Assembly (NCBI GenBank): GCA_964057225.1
Contig: OZ059897.1
Coordinates: forward strand, 16,864,001-16,928,000
DNA from: Auanema rhodensis
Lineage: Eukaryota; Animalia; Nematoda
Length of the DNA stretch: 64,000 nucleotides
Direction: 5' to 3'
The notes under the pieces are model-generated. The model saw nothing but the letters and a program-made list of their open reading frames with translations, did not search any database and was not told where the DNA came from. Position numbers and translations under genes: made by a program. The first letter of the stretch is position 1. Each line of letters starts with the position of its first letter. Below are positions 56,541 through 64,000 of the stretch, in pieces.

Positions 56541-57960
56541 ATGAAAATATCATCTTATTATATATTATTTATACGTAAGTTTATATAAATATATATATAT
56601 ATAAATAATATAAATATATTATAGTTATTATATGTAAATGTTATATTTCTTTTAAAACTTCATCTCCAGCTATGATTATTAAATCAAATTTGGTAATATT
56701 TTCTTTTTTTTTTCTTTTTTTTTACTTTTTATTTAAAGAAACCTTCAATATTAATAGCTCCTAATGATAATCATTATGTTGTATTAGGATCTAATTCTAA
56801 TCCTGAATACTTATTTCCATTATATTTAACTGTTAAACGTTGGAAATCATTGGGTATTAGAAGTATTATATGTTTTGGTGTTTCAAAAGCACAAATTCTT
56901 TATGATCCTGTTTCAAAATTTATTTTTGAAAGACTTTCAACACAGGAAGTATCGATCATTCTGTTTATTCTTAATTATCTTCAAACTTTAGGCACAATTT
57001 CTCTTTTATAATTCAAAATTAGCACCAACTCATACACTTTCACAGGTATTATTCAAACTTTTCTTCTTTCAATTTTTGCTTTTTCAGACTTGTCGTCTAT
57101 ATGTTTCGGGCTCAGATCAACTTAATATTGATGATAATTCTGTTTTAATCACATCAGATAGTGATTTATGGCCAATTGATTTAGCTAATCATCTTCCTTC
57201 TAATAATCAAAAAATTTTTGCTTATCATTCATATTGTTGTGGATTTACTCATAAACCCTATAGTCAGCATTGGTTTCGACATTATCAGATTTCAACAATT
57301 GCTACAACAGCTAAAATCTGGAGAAAACTTATTGGTATAAGCATCATCTTTCTTTTAAATTTTTCATTCAAATCAATGCTTTACAACTTTTTTTTTCTTT
57401 TAAAAATTTCAGGAATTGAACGAGGGGACATACAAACAGGGGATGATATTTCATTACGATTATATGATGAATTTGGAGAAAAATATATTAAATATGGAAG
57501 ACCAAAACCAAATTATAGTCGTAGTTGGTTTGCTGATCAAATTATTTTATCTGAAAAGTTAGATTTATATAAAAATCAAAAGTAAGTAAAATATTATAAA
57601 AATTATATAAATTTGAATTATTTCAGTCCATCCATATTTGAAGAATTAACAATTGTTCCAATAAATGAACGTATAATAAGAACTCATTGGCCAGAAAATA
57701 CTCATAGTAAGTTATTTAAATTTTATTTTTTTTTAAAATTAAAAGAAATATTTTTAGATTTAACAATTTCAAATTATAAAGAAGTTCATTTACTTAATTC
57801 ATTATATGTTATACCAAATTGGATACGAACATTACCAATTATGAGTAAATTATTTAATGAAACAGATATGAAGGATATAACAGATTATTATTGTCAATTT
57901 ATGAAATTATATAATAATTTAGAAAAACTTCCATATTATTTATGTAATTTTCCATTATAA
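56541..57960 (+). CDS. Uncharacterised glycosyltransferase-like (DxD) protein
   Basis: Spliced in-frame model with YVVLGSNSNPEYLFPLYLTVKRWKSLG, LSQTCRLY, LITSDSDLWP (DxD after a hydrophobic strand), SWFADQIILS and EVHL. The function is inferred from motif layout. Confidence 0.7.
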
Positions 57961-58415
57961 CAAAATTATTTTTGTTTTTTCCTGCTGAAGTTTTTAATTT
58001 TTTTAATAAAATATGTAAAAAATTGAAGTAACTAATTTAAATATAACAACAACTTAAATATTTTAAGTAATATTGTTAATTTAATTTTCAAATTATAAAA
58101 AATATAAATAAATATTAGAAAACAATGTTTTTTTTTATTCAATTAACCTATCATTAATCAAAAAAGAAAGAAACCGGTCTGTTGGGGGTCTGACTTGTTC
58201 CCAAATAACATTCCGTATTCGAAAAAATTTTTCTATAAATTTCTGATTCTTTAATGTTATCAACATATCTTCAAACTATTGTACATATATAATAGTTATT
58301 CTTATATTATAATTATATATATTTCTTATTTATAATAATTTAGGTAATAAATAAATAATTGAAAGTTTAAAGATAACATCAGAAGAATTCTTTATTCAGC
58401 AAAAAAAAAAGAAAG

Positions 58416-59222
58416 ATGAGTTGTGCAGATCTTCCATATGATGTGAAAGGTATTTGATTTATAATTCTTTTTTTTTCATTAATATTTTATTATATTATTA
58501 TAATATTTTCAGCTTTATTCCCAAAAGAAAATTTGGATTTTGCTCATACTGTTACAAAAGATGAATCACAAGTTCTTAAAGAAGTAACTAATATTTCATA
58601 ACAGAAAGAATAATATAACTAATGTTTTAGGTTTTTTCTGCTCATGGTTGCTTTGAACAGGTTGGAGAGATGATTGAAGCAGTGTCAGCAAAAAATAGCG
58701 AACTTGGAGAACGTATGAGATCTGTTCTACAATCAAATTGTGATCGTCTAAATGGACTCAGTCCAGAAGCTATTGAATACAGTAAAAAGGTTTTATATAT
58801 GTTTAATATTTCAAAAGTTTATATTTAAATTATTTAGATTATACATTTTGTTACACATATTATGTGTCAATTGACATTAGGTCATACTACGTGTTTCACA
58901 ATGGCTTCTGAACTTCATAATGACTTCAAGGTTTCTTCTTTTCTGTTACCGTTTTCATATAATAATTTCGAAAAAAAAAAGAATTTTTTCGAAATAAAAT
59001 TGGCATTCACGTGAAATACACGTCATTGTTAATTTGATAAAAGTACAGAACGGTTGTTGTTAATTTTTAAATCAGGTGAACGGATTCTTATTTTTAACTA
59101 TTAAATATATAAGAAACTTGACTAAAAATGTAATTTTTTAAAGAAAATATATTGTTTTTCAGGAGCTCTCACTTGCTGATCAAGCTGCTTTGAAGAAAAA
59201 TAATCCAGATATTTCTTTTTGA
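58416..59222 (+). CDS. far-7: Fatty acid- and retinol-binding protein, FAR-7 type (no signal peptide)
   Basis: MSCADLPYDVKALFPKENLDFAHTVTKDESQVLKEVFSAHGCFEQVGEMIEAVSAKNSELGERM...RLNGLSPEAIEYSKKIIHFVT...DQAALKKNNPDISF*, colinear with C. elegans FAR-7 as I recall it. Confidence 0.9.
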
Positions 59223-59346
59223 TGTTACAAAAATAAAAATTTTTTTTATAAAAGATAAAATAGAATTGGTTTTTTATTGTTTAATAAAACTAATATACAC
59301 ATGTAAATATGTTCTGATTATATAGTTTATTGTAACAGAAAGTTTT

Positions 59347-60844
59347 TTAAAAAACGACTGCAGCTTGATTGATAGTAACAGAATGAACCTAAAAAGAAAA
59401 ACATTGGTTGCTTTTAATTATAAATGAAATTATATATAAAATATTTTTATATTATAACTACTTACATCACAATCTCCGTCAATTTCAAGAATTTTGACAT
59501 CATTTGGAGAACCACGATGATCAAAAGATGCAAAATGATTTCCATTAAAGAAAATTTGGAAAGTATATCCGTCGTTGATGATAATACAGTCAAAACTTAA
59601 ATTGATAATGAATTATCAGAAAAACTTTGAAATTTAATTTTACATTTCACTTTTACTAATAGGAATTTTTCCCTCACGTTCTTCATCTCCCCAAACATTG
59701 TTATTCATAGCATTACGAACAATAGCACCTTCGTTAAAACGAACAGAAACCTGTAAAATAATTTTTTTTTTAATTTTACATGAAATTTCATTAGAAACCT
59801 GCAGGGCAAATTCTTTATTTTCGCGGTAAAGGTTGATATTGCAACGTTTTCCTAAATAAAACAAAATGAAACTGTGAATATATTATAGATATATGATAGA
59901 AGAGTTTGAAACAGATGGAAGTTTAAGCTATTTGGATTACAAACCTGTTGGAAGAGCAGATACGTCGAGGCGTTTTCCGGGAACAAGATTGGCAGCAGCC
60001 ATGTAAGGAGATTTGAAAATTCTTCCTCCATAGTGGAAAAGTCGAAGTTTAGTAAGATCTCCACGAATAGATACATGATCAATCTAAGATGAACTATTAA
60101 CAATACTAATTGAAGTGATATCTGACTCCTTCTAATGGCTGACGTTGCTCAAATGATCCAATTTCTTTACGGTTAGCAAATACCTGAAGTTTAATATTAT
60201 AATGAATTATTTCAATGAATATGTATATATAATCTTACTTGGAATTTATCTTCAAGGATTCTAACACGAAGATCGAATTCTTGGCCAGCCTTGAATGGAT
60301 TAGAAATTCTTTGCTCATTTTCAGACCAGTTTCCATCCTTGAAGGTATTGTAGACAAACTTTCCAGAAAAAATACCTTAAATAAGACTTAATTATATAAT
60401 ATAATATAAAATTTATAATATATACCTTCATCAAAACGAATTGAAAAATGTAATGGCATGTCAGCATCTTTTTGAGCTCCTTTATGGAAATTAAAATCAA
60501 TTCTGTAATGAACGGAAATATGAAGAATTTGAAGAAAATGGAATACCTTTTGGGGTTTTCATTGAGAGTTCCAACAGCATGAATAGTTTGTCCAACAACA
60601 AATGGTTCACTGACACGAGTTTTAAATGGAATATCCTTAAATTTTAATATTTATCTGTTAAAAAATCAAAATTATTACGAACATAATCTTTTTCTCCAAT
60701 ATATTTCTTGTTGGTTATTTCTTTTTTACCAGTTGAATCTTCAGTTGAAGGTGATTTGCTTTCATCTTGAGATCTTGCAAGAGTTACTATACAAGCAATT
60801 AGCAGTACTATAATAATAATAATAATAATATATCGAATATACAT
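59347..60844 (-). CDS. lec-5: Tandem-repeat galectin with N-terminal signal sequence
   Basis: Hydrophobic N-terminus; KYIGEKDYDIPFKTRVSEPFVVGQTIH; RIDFNFH; LHFSIRFDEGIFSGKFVYN; GNWSENEQRISNPF; IDHVSIRGDLTKLRLFHYGGR; VRFNEGAIVRNAM...WGDEEREG; ends VHSVTINQAAVVF*. Confidence 0.92.
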
Positions 60845-62704
60845 ATATATATTTATGAAAATTTAAATTATTTTTTAAAATTCAAAGTATTTTAATTATT
60901 CAAATAAACAATTTATTTCATTTTATTAAATTCTCAATTATGAGAGGGTTGGTGTAACGATTAAAGTTTAAAGCTCAATAAACGACATTTGTGTGATAAA
61001 CATTGAAAAGCAACATATGATATCTAAAGATATATCTTATCATTAAAAATGTTTCTGAATATATATAGAATTAGAAGAAAACTTACATTTCCACATTGTA
61101 TAAGTTTGAATCAAAAATTTTCCTATAAAAAATAAAACTTAAGCATATTATCAAAAAATCCTTTTAAGTAATAAAATTTAGTTAAAACTCAAATAATTAT
61201 AAAATATATAATAATTTCAATATATATATGATAGAAATTGAAAAAATATCTTAATATATGTATATGAATTTAAATAAATATTTCAAATGATTCATAGTAA
61301 TATGACAAATGAATTTTTTTATTTAATGTAAGAAAGGAAAGTTTTTCTTTCTTTTTATTTTATTTTTTCCTTTTGTAGTTTTAAACTAATCAAATAATAG
61401 AAATTTATTGAAAAAATATTATAAAAATTATAAAAAAAAACGTTTAGAAACAATACAAAAAAATTAATATAATACAAAATCAAATCAAAACTTATTTTGA
61501 GGAAATACGTCGTCTCTAGGCTAAACAGATATTATATAAATACTTTCTTTCTATCCAAGAGAAATTACAGACAACTGTGTCGTGATGAGAAAAAGATTAA
61601 TAGCTACCACGCTCTTTGAGCAGATGCTCAAGTTTTAAATTCAGCCAACTATATTATGATTTTCAGGTAAAATCAAAGAGAATACGGAACAGCAGAAAAT
61701 TTTTCAAAAAAAACAAATGGAATAGAAAATGGCGGAAACAATTAATGGAAGTCACTCACATGCCTCCGAGCTGGTTTCTAGAAATTTACGAATAAGTTTA
61801 TGAAGAAAATTTGAAAGCTATATATATATAATATTTGACTATTATGTTTATTATTTCTCAAACCAAGAAAAACAAAGCAATGACTCACGTTATTTAAAAT
61901 TCAATCTTCAGTTGTCTAAAAGACAGTTTTTAAAAACATTTATCTTATTGAAAAAATAAGACATACGACAAATCGTTTCATGCTTGAAACAATAATAAAA
62001 GAAATACTGTATTTAACAGAAAATTTGAATATTTATAACTTCTTCTTATCTTATACCAAAATATTTGAACATAAAATTACTTATTTGCATTATTATTGAA
62101 AATTATATAATTTCAGTATAAATATTTTCTTTTATATATCATGTATTATTCTTATACTATTATATGTTATTAGAGATTCTTTGCGTCATTCGTAAGGTTA
62201 ATGTTCTTCCTGTTTAGTATATGCTATCTTTAAAGGCAAATCTAATGTTTATAGAAAAACTTTTTGTCAAACAAAAAATTGAAGATGTAAAATACAATAT
62301 TTGAGTATTCTAATAAAACTTGAACTTGCATGAATATTACTTTTTTTATTACAATACAAAACAATATTGAAAGCATTTTAAATTATAAAACATATATGGT
62401 ATGAAAGACCAACATCATAATAATATGAATTCAAAGAATAATCAAAACCCAAACAATAATAAATTAACTTCAAGCCAAACTAAAACATTAAATATATCTT
62501 TCTATTTCAAAATAAATTAAAGGATTTTTAATGTATTCAAGGTATATAAAATATAATAAAAACTATACAGTGTAGTAATCTAACGTAGGTTTTAATACAT
62601 ATGTTTTTTTCTCTTATTTATATAGACCATAAATATTTACTTCCGTTAAAATAACCGTTGAATAAGTGCAACAGACCATCATTAACAAATGGCGCTCTAA
62701 CTCG

Positions 62705-62717
62705 AACGCGCTCCAAT
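62705..62717 (+). promoter_or_regulatory. AACGCGCTCCAAT promoter motif upstream of prp-9
   Basis: Resembles the GCGCTCCA motif common in nematode housekeeping promoters; AAATGGCG lies just upstream; about 100 nt before the acceptor ending at 62812. Confidence 0.5.
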
Positions 62718-62818
62718 AATAATTTGTAGATGCAAGTTTGTTCATAAACCATAAAGCTTTTTTTGTTTTGGATTTTAGCTTATATGTACATATATTGTTA
62801 TTTTTTCTTTAGGTAGGA

Positions 62819-64000
62819 ATGGATTCCATCTTGGAAACTCAAAGAAAACTTCATGAGGAACGTGAACGTTTAATTGATACGATCGTGAAAGAGGTTTTTG
62901 AAATGTTTTGAATTCTATTTTTTTGTTGGGTTATAGATCATGTCTGAAAAAAGAACACACAAGGCAAAAATTAATTCTGAGCACAGAGTCCGTGCATTAC
63001 TTAATGTACGTTAAATTAACTTTTTTTGTTTCATCATTGGTCCATTTTCAGCGTTACAACGAATCTACAGAAGAGCTTGCCAAAATATATACAGATGAAG
63101 ATCGTTCTAGGGAAAGAGAAATTGAGGCTGTTAGTGGTCCAAATGAGTTTGCCGAATATTATTCTCGTCTGAAAACCTTAAGAGAAGCTCATAGAAGAAA
63201 TCCCGATGAGGTATTTTTTTGTGCTTATTCCCTATTAAAGTTTTGTGTTTCAGTTGGCGGAGCCTCTTTCGCTTGAATTCCAAAAGATGGTGGAAGAAAT
63301 TAATGATCCAGAGAGAGAAGAACACGATATTATCGAGTTCACAGATGAAGAAGGATATGGAAGGTTCTTTAATCTTATTTATTGTTTTAATTTTTTTGTA
63401 TTAAGATTTTTGGATTTACATACCATATATGCAGATTATATCAATCTAAAAGGAATAAAGGTATATTATCAACGAAAATCAATTTAAACGTCAATTTCAT
63501 TTTAAGAGAGTTGATTATATCGCCTATCTGAGCATTATCGATAAATTCAATGATATCCAACGCACTTCAACCAAGAAAACTGGGGCATATAAAGATTACT
63601 TGATTAAACTGAAGGTATTTTAATGGTTGCGAATCTATATTTATTTCTAATTTCAGAGCTACATGGTAACTTTCATAAATCGTACTCGACCAATGTTTGA
63701 TCTTGAAGAAGAACTCACTAAAGTAAAGATCTTTGTGTAGCTTGTGTATTGTATTTTCTTTTCTAGAATTCATTAGAGGTTGAGAAAGCTCTTGCTGATG
63801 GTTCTTTGCAAGGATGGAGCACTGAAAAAGCAGCTGGGGCACAGGTACAATCAGTCGTATTTCTAATCGAATCATTTTTAATTTTTTAAGCCATCTGCTA
63901 TCGATCTTTCAAAATATAACAGTGCTCAAGAATTGGAAGGCTTAGGTTTAGAACGTTTGAAAAGTGCTCTTTTGGCTTTGCAGTTGAAATGTGGAGGGTA
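62819..64000 (+). CDS. prp-9: Splicing factor SF3A3/SF3a60, 5' part (runs off the window)
   Basis: [88 protein letters not shown]. Confidence 0.95.

Noticed and set aside
61575-61680. Possible C/D snoRNA (GTGATGA box C plus small hairpins)
   Set aside because: No box D (CTGA) or terminal stem at a suitable distance.

Overview
Eukaryotic, AT-rich, intron-dense DNA from a rhabditid (clade V-like) nematode. Most introns are 40-55 nt and the proteins closely resemble C. elegans orthologues. The ORF track is mostly exon fragments or microsatellite noise, so I assembled gene models by hand from GT-AG junctions. Recognised genes: MAST kinase kin-4 (+, alternative first exons); an oma-1/oma-2 tandem CCCH zinc-finger gene (-); a cchl-1/cox-15 pair with SL2-operon spacing; far-7; the secreted galectin lec-5; and the 5' part of prp-9/SF3A3. 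Less characterised genes: a small secreted TSP1 protein, a ~200-aa unknown, a very AT-rich F-box-associated-like gene, a 55-aa metallothionein absent from the ORF track, a ~100-aa single-pass membrane protein with two possible last exons, and a DxD glycosyltransferase-like gene. Two gene-poor stretches (~14.5-30.3 kb and ~42.4-54.6 kb) are rich in (GA)n/(TA)n and contain GC-richer islands. Best leads: frequent AAG 3' splice sites, the hidden metallothionein and membrane protein, a degenerate telomere-like element present in both gene-poor stretches, and sharp compositional domains. I found no tRNA, rRNA, known miRNA, transposase or CRISPR, and cannot claim a proven new system.
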